Shown here: positions 9,739-19,299 of the stretch, in pieces
Position numbering within the stretch: position 1 is the stretch's first letter
Layout: each line of letters begins with the position of its first letter
Virus record (IMG/VR): IMGVR_UViG_3300013020_000002
Coordinates: 1-56,429 of that record
Direction: 5' to 3' (one strand)
Source: a virus
Lineage: Duplodnaviria > Caudoviricetes
Length of the DNA: 56,429 bases
Program-made: the position numbers and the translations under genes
Notes under the pieces: model-generated
What the model was told of the DNA's origin: nothing
Database searches by the model: none
Seen by the model: the letters and a program-made list of their open reading frames with translations, nothing else

Positions 9739-10479
9739 TTATTTAATATCATTTAAAACCTTTTTAGATCTTTGTTCACAAATTCTTTTAGAATTTATCT
9801 GCAAAGAATCAAAAGTTTCTAATTGTAATGCTTCTGGAATATTATGTATATATTTATTTCTATAATCTTTCCTTTTTTGGAATGTTTGTGGTGTGTGTTC
9901 TTGTGCAGGATTATCTTTATTTGTAAATGCAAATCCTTGAGCACCCAATCTTGACATAAATGTTGCATTAACTTTATCTTTAAAAGTTCCAACACTAGAC
10001 TTGTCTTTATAACCGGGAAAATCGCTTAAATTTGTTCCAACCAAATAAGCTTCATCATCGTCTTTATATTTCATCATAAAACTATCTTGATTATAATATT
10101 CACTCAATTTAAACAAATTTTCATAAAAATCTGGATCGTTGTTTAAATTAACAACAATAAAAGATTCTTCCGGCTCTTCTTTATTTGGATTATTTTTAAG
10201 ATCTTCAATGTAAGATCCTTGTACTCTTGTAACACCATAACCCAACTTTAATAAAGCTGATTTTAATTCCCGATTTCTTCTAATATTTTCTTGTCTGGAA
10301 TATGATTCACCAACTTCTTTATCCATCAAAGTATTTTCTGTGGGATATTTCATTTCATTTCTACTTGCAGAAATAGCAGCAATATCATTAGAATCAATCC
10401 AATGTTCAATTCTTTTCAAAGAACTTTCATTTATTAAAGTTCTTTGAAACTCTTCTTTAATTATTTTCTTTATATTCAT
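9739..10479 (-). CDS. Hypothetical protein with IIKEE/LINES leader (candidate head-packaged protein)
   Basis: MNIKKIIKEEFQRTLINES; ACTATTTATA motif (10505-10514) and host-type promoter (10522-10552) upstream. Confidence 0.65.
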   Translation of the reverse strand: MNIKKIIKEEFQRTLINESSLKRIEHWIDSNDIAAISASRNEMKYPTENTLMDKEVGESYSRQENIRRNRELKSALLKLGYGVTRVQGSYIEDLKNNPNKEEPEESFIVVNLNNDPDFYENLFKLSEYYNQDSFMMKYKDDDEAYLVGTNLSDFPGYKDKSSVGTFKDKVNATFMSRLGAQGFAFTNKDNPAQEHTPQTFQKRKDYRNKYIHNIPEALQLETFDSLQINSKRICEQRSKKVLNDIK

Positions 10480-10577
10480 ATATATTTCTTTTATAAAACT
10501 TAAATATAAATAGTATTAATACAAAGATACAATATTATTAATCACATTCAAAATTTTAAACATTAAAAAATATTAAA

Positions 10578-10997
10578 TTACAATAATTTATCAGCAATAG
10601 TATGTGACATTGCACCAATTTCTAAACCTATTAGAAGTAATATAAATTCAGTATTATAATTATTGATAATATTGATAATATCAGGAGTAAAAAATAACAT
10701 TGGAATTATTGAAATATATAATACTCTTATTAATGTACCAAGAATGAAACCGTGTGTCCAAATACTTCTATGTGTAAATATTAATTGATATGGAATCCAA
10801 ATCATTTTAAAAACCCACCATCTATTGTATGGGCTACTATTTGTATCTAAATCACCATTAAACATTAATGCTGAGAATATAAAACTCAATATTAATACGT
10901 ATGAGTTTAAATTCACACCATTAAAAATTAAAACCAATGGTATGAATAATATACTCAATATGTATGTTATTAGATCATGTGTTCTTCCATTTGGCAT
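10578..10997 (-). CDS. DUF2227-like metal-binding membrane protein
   Basis: MPNGRTHD, GDLDTNS, HRSIWTHG, SHTIAD plus hydrophobic helices. Confidence 0.72.
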   Translation of the reverse strand: MPNGRTHDLITYILSILFIPLVLIFNGVNLNSYVLILSFIFSALMFNGDLDTNSSPYNRWWVFKMIWIPYQLIFTHRSIWTHGFILGTLIRVLYISIIPMLFFTPDIINIINNYNTEFILLLIGLEIGAMSHTIADKLL

Positions 10998-11206
10998 TAT
11001 TGATTATTCTTTAAGTTTTTTAAATTCTTAAATATTTCCGAAAATTCATCACCAAGTAAAGAAACAATGAAAATTTTATCATTATTTAATGCAGTTATAA
11101 TTCTTTCCAACCAAAAAGGTGTATTATAACTATCTGGATCAATTTTTTCAATAATATTCAACTGTTCTTCTGGAGATAAATTTTTAAATTCTTCAAATGT
11201 AACCAT
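10997..11206 (-). CDS. Small hypothetical protein
   Basis: 69-aa ORF with coupled start/stop. Confidence 0.55.
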   Translation of the reverse strand: MVTFEEFKNLSPEEQLNIIEKIDPDSYNTPFWLERIITALNNDKIFIVSLLGDEFSEIFKNLKNLKNNQ

Positions 11207-11209
11207 AGT

Positions 11210-11422
11210 TTATAAATTTAGTTTATATTTTTCAATTATTTCTTTTTTATTTAAAATTTCTACTTTACCATCATTAATTCCCCAACCATCTTCATGAATA
11301 ACAAAATAATTATTGGAATCAACTTCACCTGTTTTTATTATATGGATAATTATTGGTTCATCATCCAATTGATATGTACCCTTATAGGCATTAGAGTTTA
11401 TTTTTATCCAATCTGTATTCAT
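11210..11422 (-). CDS. Small hypothetical protein
   Basis: 70-aa ORF with coupled start/stop. Confidence 0.55.
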   Translation of the reverse strand: MNTDWIKINSNAYKGTYQLDDEPIIIHIIKTGEVDSNNYFVIHEDGWGINDGKVEILNKKEIIEKYKLNL

Positions 11423-11631
11423 TATATAAATTGTTTTTCATTATACTTTACAAGTAATAAGACAACTTTAACTTGTTTTTGGTTGTTTAATAAATATTCG
11501 ACTTCATTATATGTGTGAATTATATAACCATCTTCAATAACCTTTATTAAATCTGAATTAATATTAGCCTTGAAATCATTATAACTTTTATAAAAAATTT
11601 CACTTCTTAAATATTTTATTGGTTTTTCCAT
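11422..11631 (-). CDS. Small hypothetical protein
   Basis: 69-aa ORF with coupled start/stop. Confidence 0.5.
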   Translation of the reverse strand: MEKPIKYLRSEIFYKSYNDFKANINSDLIKVIEDGYIIHTYNEVEYLLNNQKQVKVVLLLVKYNEKQFI

Positions 11632-11746
11632 ATTATGAATAAATTATTTTTCCAATATTTTTTCATTTACAAAAAATATATTCGTTAAGCAATATATATC
11701 TATCAATGGGTGAATATTCATATCTTTTATATTACCAATAAATAAT

Positions 11747-12490
11747 TTAAAAAGTAAAAATATTATTTATTATTTTATTTAATTTGACAACATTTTTAGT
11801 ATCAACAATTTTATCATCAACCATATAAAGTTTTTTATTTATTTCTATCATAATTGTCTCGAATTTACCTTCAACATCTAATGGATAAAAAGATCCAGAA
11901 TATGGTTTATTTATTTCAACATTTAAACCATGTCTTTCAAAACCTAATTTAATAAAATCAATTAAATATTGTGGTGTATATTTTTCATCAACACCCAAAC
12001 ATATATCAGGTCTATTTACATCTTTTTCAAAATATAATTTATGTTGATTGAAAGAATGACAATCTATTATTCTGGCAATACCATTATCATTTATTTTATT
12101 CTGTATTAATTTGCTCAAATTATTATGATATTTTAAATAATAATTCTTAATTATTGTTTGTTCAAATTTTTCATCATACTTTCTAAAAGATTTACCATCA
12201 TATGTTTTAGTATAATATACACCTCTACCATATTTAGTCATTTCTTCTTGTTCTGCATCTAAAAAGCGTTCCACATCACAAAAACTTCGACTAAAATCAC
12301 AAATATATCTATCGATTCCATCAACATTGAATATTTTATCTACATCAATATCTGTAGAATATAATAATTCAATATCTATTAATTCTTTATTTATATAATT
12401 TTCATCAGGAATCATATAAGATGAGTGAGGTATATGAAAAATAAAACTATTTTTTATTTCCTCACTAAACAAACTAACATTATTAAGCAT
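11747..12490 (-). CDS. N-formylglutamate amidohydrolase (FGase/HutG family)
   Basis: HIPHSS, TDIDVD, SRSFCDVER, YHNNL, DCHSF, RPDICLG, NKPYSG, IMIEINKKLY. Confidence 0.82.
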   Translation of the reverse strand: MLNNVSLFSEEIKNSFIFHIPHSSYMIPDENYINKELIDIELLYSTDIDVDKIFNVDGIDRYICDFSRSFCDVERFLDAEQEEMTKYGRGVYYTKTYDGKSFRKYDEKFEQTIIKNYYLKYHNNLSKLIQNKINDNGIARIIDCHSFNQHKLYFEKDVNRPDICLGVDEKYTPQYLIDFIKLGFERHGLNVEINKPYSGSFYPLDVEGKFETIMIEINKKLYMVDDKIVDTKNVVKLNKIINNIFTF

Positions 12491-12497
12491 ATTTTTA

Positions 12498-13106
12498 TTA
12501 TTTACAAGATTTATGAATTCTATAAACTACATCACTTCTACCATATTTTTTTTCAAATTTACCGTCTTTATCATATTGTGGATCAAAATCATCTCTTTTA
12601 TATTCAATAAAACCATTTCTTTCATAGAAATTTGATAAAAATCCATCGTAATGATCTAAATAACAACCGCCATTTTCAATCGCTGATTGAATTAATTCAT
12701 CACCAACACCTTTAATATCTTTTTCGTTGTTATGAACAGCAACAATTTCATTATAATCATTACTTTTATCATCCCTTTTCTTTAAAGCATAACCAATATT
12801 ATATCCGGGCACTTTAAATAATTTCATTCGTGACAATTCGTTTACATTATAAAATGTTAACATTTCTTCATGTTTACTATCTTTCATTGAATTAAAGAAA
12901 TCTTCTGGATCAGATTCAAAATTGTTGTTTTTTATATCTGATAATACTTTTTCTCTTTCTTCGGTATTATCGGATTCATTCAAATCTGAATCATCTCCAA
13001 CTAAATTCAGTTGATTTATATGCTCATACATCCTTCTTTTAGCTTCATATAATTTAGATGTTTTTGTGTTGTTTAACCTATCAAAACTTTCAAATAATTT
13101 ATTCAT
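12498..13106 (-). CDS. GNAT-like acetyltransferase with Glu-motif leader
   Basis: KGVGDELIQSAIENGGCYLDHYDGFLSNFYERNGF (acetyl-CoA loop and FY..xGF motif); leader LFES/LYE/LNES. Confidence 0.6.
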   Translation of the reverse strand: MNKLFESFDRLNNTKTSKLYEAKRRMYEHINQLNLVGDDSDLNESDNTEEREKVLSDIKNNNFESDPEDFFNSMKDSKHEEMLTFYNVNELSRMKLFKVPGYNIGYALKKRDDKSNDYNEIVAVHNNEKDIKGVGDELIQSAIENGGCYLDHYDGFLSNFYERNGFIEYKRDDFDPQYDKDGKFEKKYGRSDVVYRIHKSCK

Positions 13107-13122
13107 AGTTACTTATTTTTTA

Positions 13123-13226
13123 TATAAATAGTTATTAAATTAATACTATTTAATATTTTTTAAAACACAATTAATTTCTTTTCAACAAATATATATCTTA
13201 TTTTTTATATTTCCAAACTATTTATA
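13123..13226. promoter_or_regulatory. Divergent control region: two ACTATTTATA motifs plus one host-type promoter
   Basis: Minus ACTATTTATA 13123-13132; minus TTTG-N20-TATATTTG 13186-13217; plus ACTATTTATA 13217-13226. Confidence 0.65.
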
Positions 13227-13245
13227 TAAAAATATTTAAAATATT

Positions 13246-15180
13246 ATGGCTAAAAAAGAATCTCAAAGATATTTAAGAGAATTAAAAAAGGTAAACCCTG
13301 ATTTAGTTACGGTTAAAAGACCAAATGAGATCATTGAAAGAAATGATGGTGAAGGGAATTTAAAATTAAGTTTTAAAGCACCTGAATATTATGAAAGAGA
13401 TTTATATATTACTGGTAAAGCTCTCCTATCTAAATCACAAGTAACCAAACAAACTACTTCGATAGATTCTGTTAGTGGTATGACTTTAGATTTATCTGAA
13501 TCAGAAACAATCTTATTAACTCTATCAGGTGATACTGTTATAGAAGATATTGTTAATTATAAAAATGGTAGCATATATAATATCTTTATTAAACAAGATG
13601 AAATTGGTGGACATTTATTGTCTTTTAATGATTCATTAACAAATCTTCAAATAGATGATGATGTTGTTATTTCTGGAGAATCAAATTCTTATTCAGAATT
13701 AAAAATAATCTGTGAAGATGATACTTTTTATGTTGAGTATTTTGATGGGTATAATGATAAGACGAATAACCCATTTATAATGACCATAGATACATCATTA
13801 GGAACTACTGGTAACAATGTTCAATTACCATTACCAGAAACTTCTTCAGATGATCAATTATTAACTTATGATTTTATTGTTGATTGGGGTGATGGTAGTT
13901 TTGATAAAATTACTTCTTATAATCAAGCAGAAACATATCACGAATATACTAATAGTGGACAAACGGAATATCAAGTTTCAATTAAAGGAATTTGTGAAGG
14001 TATTAGTTTTTCAAAAATTAGTACTGAACGACCAAAATTAAAATCTATTGACAAATGGGGATTCACTAATTTTATCACATTAAACGGTGGATTTGTTTTT
14101 TGTTCAAATTTAACATCAGTAAATGATAATAATGGTTTCTGGTGTTCAAATGTTATTGATATGTATGGTTTGTTTTATGGGTGTTCATCATTATCAATTT
14201 TAGATGTTACTAATTGGGATGTTACTAATGCTGCCAATAAATCTTATATGTTTAATCAATGCACTTCTTTAAGTGAATTAGATTTTAGTAATTGGAATAT
14301 GAGTAATACAACTACTATTAAAGGTATGTTTGATGGTTATATATATGATATGGGTATTATTCCAATTGGAATTGAAAATTGGGATACTTCTAACATAAAT
14401 AATATGTACGCTTTTTTAAATTATAATAAAGGAATTACAAGTTTAGATTTAACCAATTGGGATGTTTCTAATGTGACTGATTTTGGATATATGTTTGAGC
14501 AATGTTCAAACTTAACAGAATTAAATATTAACACTTGGGATACTTCTAATGGTATGAATTTTCACCATATGTTTAAACATTGTGATTCATTAACATATTT
14601 AGATATTTCAAATTTTAACATTTCTAACGCCACTGATATATCTTACATGTTTTCAACATGCACGAATATTACAAATTTAGATGTTTCTAAATGGGATGTT
14701 TCTAATGTGACTCTTACAGATGCTACTTTTTGGAATTGTGCGTCTCTAACAAGTATAGATGTTTCTAATTGGAACGTTGGTAAATTAATTGGTATGGATA
14801 CTATGTTTGGTGGTTGTTCTTTATTAACAAGTATAGATGTTTCTAATTGGAATGTTTCTAATGTAATAGATATGTATGGGGTGTTTAGTGATTGTACATC
14901 ATTAACGAATATAGATGTCTCTAATTGGGATATTTCTAATGTGAATAATTTGATCAATATGTTTAATAATACACCATTAGACACCCCATCATACGATGCA
15001 TTATTAATTGGTTGGAGTTCATTGAGTCCTGATTTAAATAATAGTTTAACACTTGGAGCAAACTTAGCACGATATACACCGGGAGGTGCTGCAGAAGCAG
15101 GTAGAACCTTATTAACCGATGCAGTTATTGATGGTGGACATGCATGGAGTATAAACGATGCTGGCCCTACATCAGTATAA
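13246..15180 (+). CDS. Putative tail fibre/adhesin: adaptor + PKD + BspA/DUF285 LRR array
   Basis: KQDEIGGH adaptor, FIVDWGDG...HEY PKD-like segment, repeats LDVSNWDVSNVTxMxxMF. Confidence 0.75.
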   Translation: MAKKESQRYLRELKKVNPDLVTVKRPNEIIERNDGEGNLKLSFKAPEYYERDLYITGKALLSKSQVTKQTTSIDSVSGMTLDLSESETILLTLSGDTVIEDIVNYKNGSIYNIFIKQDEIGGHLLSFNDSLTNLQIDDDVVISGESNSYSELKIICEDDTFYVEYFDGYNDKTNNPFIMTIDTSLGTTGNNVQLPLPETSSDDQLLTYDFIVDWGDGSFDKITSYNQAETYHEYTNSGQTEYQVSIKGICEGISFSKISTERPKLKSIDKWGFTNFITLNGGFVFCSNLTSVNDNNGFWCSNVIDMYGLFYGCSSLSILDVTNWDVTNAANKSYMFNQCTSLSELDFSNWNMSNTTTIKGMFDGYIYDMGIIPIGIENWDTSNINNMYAFLNYNKGITSLDLTNWDVSNVTDFGYMFEQCSNLTELNINTWDTSNGMNFHHMFKHCDSLTYLDISNFNISNATDISYMFSTCTNITNLDVSKWDVSNVTLTDATFWNCASLTSIDVSNWNVGKLIGMDTMFGGCSLLTSIDVSNWNVSNVIDMYGVFSDCTSLTNIDVSNWDISNVNNLINMFNNTPLDTPSYDALLIGWSSLSPDLNNSLTLGANLARYTPGGAAEAGRTLLTDAVIDGGHAWSINDAGPTSV

Positions 15181-15226
15181 TTAAATAATATAAAATTAAA
15201 TAATATAAAATTAAATATAATAAATT

Positions 15227-15478
15227 ATGAGTAAAGAAATAAAAGGAACAAAAAAAGTAACGTATTACATTGCGTACAATTTAGATGAAAAAATATTTCA
15301 TTTCGGTGAAATAAAGAAAGGTGGAGTTTTAACCACAGGACAACCAGAATTAGAAGAATTTTCAACCAAAACAGAATTTAAAAAGAGGTTGGATGAATTA
15401 ACTGGTGAGAAAGATTATTACTATAATAAAACAAAAAAACAAGAACCAAGATTAAATAAATCTAAATTAGAAAAATAA
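15227..15478 (+). CDS. Small hypothetical protein (possible fibre accessory)
   Basis: 83-aa ORF directly after the LRR gene. Confidence 0.6.
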   Translation: MSKEIKGTKKVTYYIAYNLDEKIFHFGEIKKGGVLTTGQPELEEFSTKTEFKKRLDELTGEKDYYYNKTKKQEPRLNKSKLEK

Positions 15479-15497
15479 AAATAAATTTAAAACGATT

Positions 15498-15541
15498 AAA
15501 AGATGGTAAGATATTAAAAATATATTTTACCATCTTTTTTT
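15498..15541 (+). terminator. Intrinsic terminator
   Basis: aaaagatggtaa...ttaccatcttttttt. Confidence 0.65.
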
Positions 15542-15577
15542 ATTTAATAAACTATTTATATAAAAATATTCTACATA

Positions 15578-16060
15578 ATGAATAAAGAAAGCAGAAGATA
15601 TAATAATGACATTAAAAGAATGGGTAAAGATTTAGCAACTAGACCCGTTGAAATGTATAAAAAAGGATATGATGATAAAACATCAATAATCTTAAAATCA
15701 AGTGAAATTGAATATAATGAATTATCTCTAACAAAAAATGGATTTCAATTAGAAAAACCATTGGTTAATGATGTATATGATATTGAATATACAACACCAT
15801 TAGTATTAGATCTTTCAAAATCAAATATTCAATCTCTTACTCTTACTGATGATATATACATTACAGATATAATTAATTTCGAAAATAATATCGATTATTA
15901 TATAATAGTAAAACAAGTTTCAACTGGTGGTCGTAGAATTGCATGGGATGAAAATATTAATATTCTTTTTAAAGAATCACAACCAAACACATTATCTGAA
16001 TCTAAATCAATTTTAAAAATTATACCAATTAATGGTATTTTATATGCTAATTTTAAATAA
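15578..16060 (+). CDS. Stand-alone copy of the fibre N-terminal adaptor domain
   Basis: Collinear with N-termini of 660, 13246 and 16084 (RPVE, KQVSTGGR, PNT..ILKI..GILY); ACTATTTATA at 15551-15560. Confidence 0.65.
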   Translation: MNKESRRYNNDIKRMGKDLATRPVEMYKKGYDDKTSIILKSSEIEYNELSLTKNGFQLEKPLVNDVYDIEYTTPLVLDLSKSNIQSLTLTDDIYITDIINFENNIDYYIIVKQVSTGGRRIAWDENINILFKESQPNTLSESKSILKIIPINGILYANFK

Positions 16061-16083
16061 ATAAAATATAAATATCTAATATA

Positions 16084-17847
16084 ATGATAGGAGATACAAG
16101 TAAATACACACAAAGACAAATAAGAAGATTAGGTAAAGTAAAAGATAGACCTATTGAATTTTACCCACATGAAGATTATGAGTCTAAACAATTATCTGTT
16201 ATTGCAAAAGCAGATAATTATAATGATAGGAAAATAAATATAAATGAATTTAATTATGTTGATAATAAACCATTTGGTTATTATACAACAATTGTTGAAT
16301 ATAATAATATATTATCATTTGATATGAGTGAATCAGCTTCTAATGAAATATTATTAAAAGGTGATTTATTCATTGATAATATTATTAACATATCAAATGG
16401 TTCAGAATATATATTTACATTTAAACAAGATGAAGTAGGTGGTCATTCAGTTATTGTTAATAGTGGTAATATTAATTTATTTATTGCAAATAATCAATCA
16501 TTAGAAGATATAAATAAAGAACCTAATTCAACAACTGTATTGAAAATTAGTTGTATTGATGACAAACTATTTGGTAAATTATCAACTTATCAAGAAGAAC
16601 CTTCATCTGGTTATACAAAAGTTGATAATAATAGTTTCTCTTTTGATGTTGAAATAGCTAGTGCTGGAGATACATTTACATTACCAATTAACACCGTTGA
16701 TGATGCTGATCAATATATACAATCATTTACCGCTGATTGGGGTGATGATTCAACAACTGAAATAACAAGTTATGATGATAGTGGTGCAACCCATACTTAT
16801 GCAGCACCGGGTACATATACAATCACAATGACTGGTAAATCTGAGTTATTTGCTGTTCAAGATGTTGGGGATAAAGCTAAGATTGTAAAACTTAATACAT
16901 TTTTTGGTGATATTGGATTTAAAAAACTTAATTTTTCTGGTTGCTCAAATTTAACTGGAAATATACCAACAAGTTTTAAGAATCTTAGAAATCTTGTGGA
17001 TTGTGGTAGATTGTTTAGAGAATGTAGAAAAATTAGTGGGAATATACCAGAAGACATGTTTTGGAATTCTCCAAATATTACTACCTTTATTGATTCTTTT
17101 TTTAATAGTGGTTTAATAGGTGAAATACCAGAAAAATTATTTTGGTATAATCCTGAAGTTGTTAATTTTGGTTTTACCTTCTCAGGTTATCAAAACTATA
17201 TGAATTTTATTGGGGGTATACCCGAAAAATTATTTTGGTATAATCCTGAAGTTGTTAATTTTAATGGTTGTTTTCAAGCATGTGATAAACTAACAGGAGA
17301 AATACCAGAGAAATTATTTTGGAATAATCCTAAAGTTACTGATTCTTCTTTTTTATTTAGTAGATGTTCATCATTAATAGGATCAATACCAGAGAAATTA
17401 TTTTGGAATAATCCTAAAGTTACTGATTTTAGTTCTGCATTTCAAATATGTAGAAATCTAACCGGTTCAATACCAGAGAAATTATTTTGGAATAATCCAG
17501 ATGTTACTGATTTTTCTTATGTTTTTATGAATTGTAATAATATTGAGGGAATTCCAGAGAATTTATTCATCAATAATTTTAAAGCTGAGAATTTTAGACA
17601 AAGTTTCACGTATTGTTATAATGTAACTCAATTACCATCAAATTTATTTATTAATAATAAAAATATTAATAATTTATATTATACTTTTTATGATAATAAT
17701 CAATTAACCGGAGATGGATGGAGAGACATCATAGAATACACAACACAATATGCTGAAGAAAATAATATAACATTACAAACAGATAATTGTTTTAGAGATT
17801 GTACATCCTTAACAGATTATAATGAAATCCCAATTGAATGGAGATAA
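16084..17847 (+). CDS. Putative tail fibre/adhesin: adaptor + PKD + LRR array (paralog of 660..2504)
   Basis: MIGDTSK start, near-identical PKD segment and C-cap, IPEKLFWxNP repeats. Confidence 0.72.
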   Translation: MIGDTSKYTQRQIRRLGKVKDRPIEFYPHEDYESKQLSVIAKADNYNDRKININEFNYVDNKPFGYYTTIVEYNNILSFDMSESASNEILLKGDLFIDNIINISNGSEYIFTFKQDEVGGHSVIVNSGNINLFIANNQSLEDINKEPNSTTVLKISCIDDKLFGKLSTYQEEPSSGYTKVDNNSFSFDVEIASAGDTFTLPINTVDDADQYIQSFTADWGDDSTTEITSYDDSGATHTYAAPGTYTITMTGKSELFAVQDVGDKAKIVKLNTFFGDIGFKKLNFSGCSNLTGNIPTSFKNLRNLVDCGRLFRECRKISGNIPEDMFWNSPNITTFIDSFFNSGLIGEIPEKLFWYNPEVVNFGFTFSGYQNYMNFIGGIPEKLFWYNPEVVNFNGCFQACDKLTGEIPEKLFWNNPKVTDSSFLFSRCSSLIGSIPEKLFWNNPKVTDFSSAFQICRNLTGSIPEKLFWNNPDVTDFSYVFMNCNNIEGIPENLFINNFKAENFRQSFTYCYNVTQLPSNLFINNKNINNLYYTFYDNNQLTGDGWRDIIEYTTQYAEENNITLQTDNCFRDCTSLTDYNEIPIEWR

Positions 17848-17882
17848 TATTAAATAATTATATATAAAAAAAACAAATAAAA

Positions 17883-18365
17883 ATGATAAACGAATCGATA
17901 AAAAATCTTATAAAAAAGATAATTAAAGAAGAGATAGAAAAAAGTAATTATGTTGATGATCAAGAAGCAAACGATTACTTAAATAAAGTAAGAGATAGTG
18001 CAGATAAAGAAACTTTTCAAAAAGTATTAAATGTTTATAAACGAAAAGGATTGGATGCTGCAAAAGAAATTTACAACATTGATGATGAAAGTAATATTGA
18101 AAGTAGAAGTACTGAGGAATTAATGAATAAATTTGTTGATTATTTAGATGATATGTTCCTAGATATGTATGAATTTACAAAGAGTAGACATAATAAGCCA
18201 GCACAAACTGTTTTATCTCATCTCTTAGGGTATTATGTTCATAGATATGGTGATGAAATATCTAAAAATGAAGCAAACAAAATATCTTATATCTTGGATT
18301 CAAAACATGGTTTTAAAGATATTGCAAAAAGAATATCAACAAAATTTAAAAAAGTTTTGTATTAA
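17883..18365 (+). CDS. Hypothetical protein with INES/IIKEE leader
   Basis: MINESIKNLIKKIIKEEIEK. Confidence 0.62.
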   Translation: MINESIKNLIKKIIKEEIEKSNYVDDQEANDYLNKVRDSADKETFQKVLNVYKRKGLDAAKEIYNIDDESNIESRSTEELMNKFVDYLDDMFLDMYEFTKSRHNKPAQTVLSHLLGYYVHRYGDEISKNEANKISYILDSKHGFKDIAKRISTKFKKVLY

Positions 18366-18369
18366 TAAG

Positions 18370-18402
18370 AAAAAAGGTGGTAAATATTTACCACCTTTTT
18401 TT
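18370..18402. terminator. Bidirectional intrinsic terminator
   Basis: aaaaaaggtggtaaatatttaccaccttttttt between convergent genes. Confidence 0.8.
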
Positions 18403-18405
18403 ATA

Positions 18406-19293
18406 CTACAAAGTATTTTTATTTAATTCACTTATTTTATTATTGTTTATTTGTCCCAATTCATAAGCAATCTCTAAGGCTTCTTTCTTATTATAAAACG
18501 ATCCATCTGTTGATATATAACCCTTTTCTTTGGAAATATTTATATATTTGAGATAAATATATAATTTATACCACCAACTCTTTTTTATAACTACAAAACC
18601 ATGATTAACATTATCTGGTTGATTATTATATTTTTTAAATATTTTTATGTATATAGCAGGATACAATATTAATGATTTGTTAATCTTATTTTTATCAACA
18701 TCAATACCATCTTTTGTTGTATAAGCAGAATAAATCATTGTAGTTAAATTAACACCTAAAGATCGTAAACGTTTTACTGTTTCATTATCAGCATTGTTAT
18801 GTTTTTTCAAAATATTAATAATTTCTTTATTAGTAAAACTATTTTTTATAATATCTTTTTTTGTAATAAAATCTTTTAAATATATTTTATCGACCCTTTT
18901 ATTTAAATCTTTAACATTTTTTATGAAATCTTTAAAATTATAATGATTAATAAGATTATTTTTAAAAACTTCAGTAAGATTAAATTTAAAAATTTTAAAC
19001 CCAAACAATTTAACGAATAAATCTATTTTATTATTATGTTGTGACTTAATTTTTTGATTTGGGATAAAATGAAATGTTTTAACAAGTTTACCTCTTTCTT
19101 TAATATTTTCAATTTTAAATACGGAAACACCAAATTTCTTTTTCATGTATTTATTACCTTCTGGTGTCAATATTAATATTTTTTGTATAAAATGTATTTT
19201 AATAAAAATATCGAAAATAATACTTTGAATTAAATTATTAAAATATATATTTAATTCAAAACTTCTCTCATTGTTTTTTATATTTGCTTTCAT
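18406..19293 (-). CDS. Basic hypothetical protein
   Basis: 295-aa Lys/Asn-rich ORF. Confidence 0.55.
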   Translation of the reverse strand: MKANIKNNERSFELNIYFNNLIQSIIFDIFIKIHFIQKILILTPEGNKYMKKKFGVSVFKIENIKERGKLVKTFHFIPNQKIKSQHNNKIDLFVKLFGFKIFKFNLTEVFKNNLINHYNFKDFIKNVKDLNKRVDKIYLKDFITKKDIIKNSFTNKEIINILKKHNNADNETVKRLRSLGVNLTTMIYSAYTTKDGIDVDKNKINKSLILYPAIYIKIFKKYNNQPDNVNHGFVVIKKSWWYKLYIYLKYINISKEKGYISTDGSFYNKKEALEIAYELGQINNNKISELNKNTL

Positions 19294-19299
19294 AATTTA

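Noticed and set aside
660-17860. Diversity-generating retroelement explanation for the duplicated fibre segments
   Set aside because: No reverse transcriptase or non-coding template repeat in the window; both copies are coding and differences are not adenine-specific. An RT elsewhere cannot be excluded
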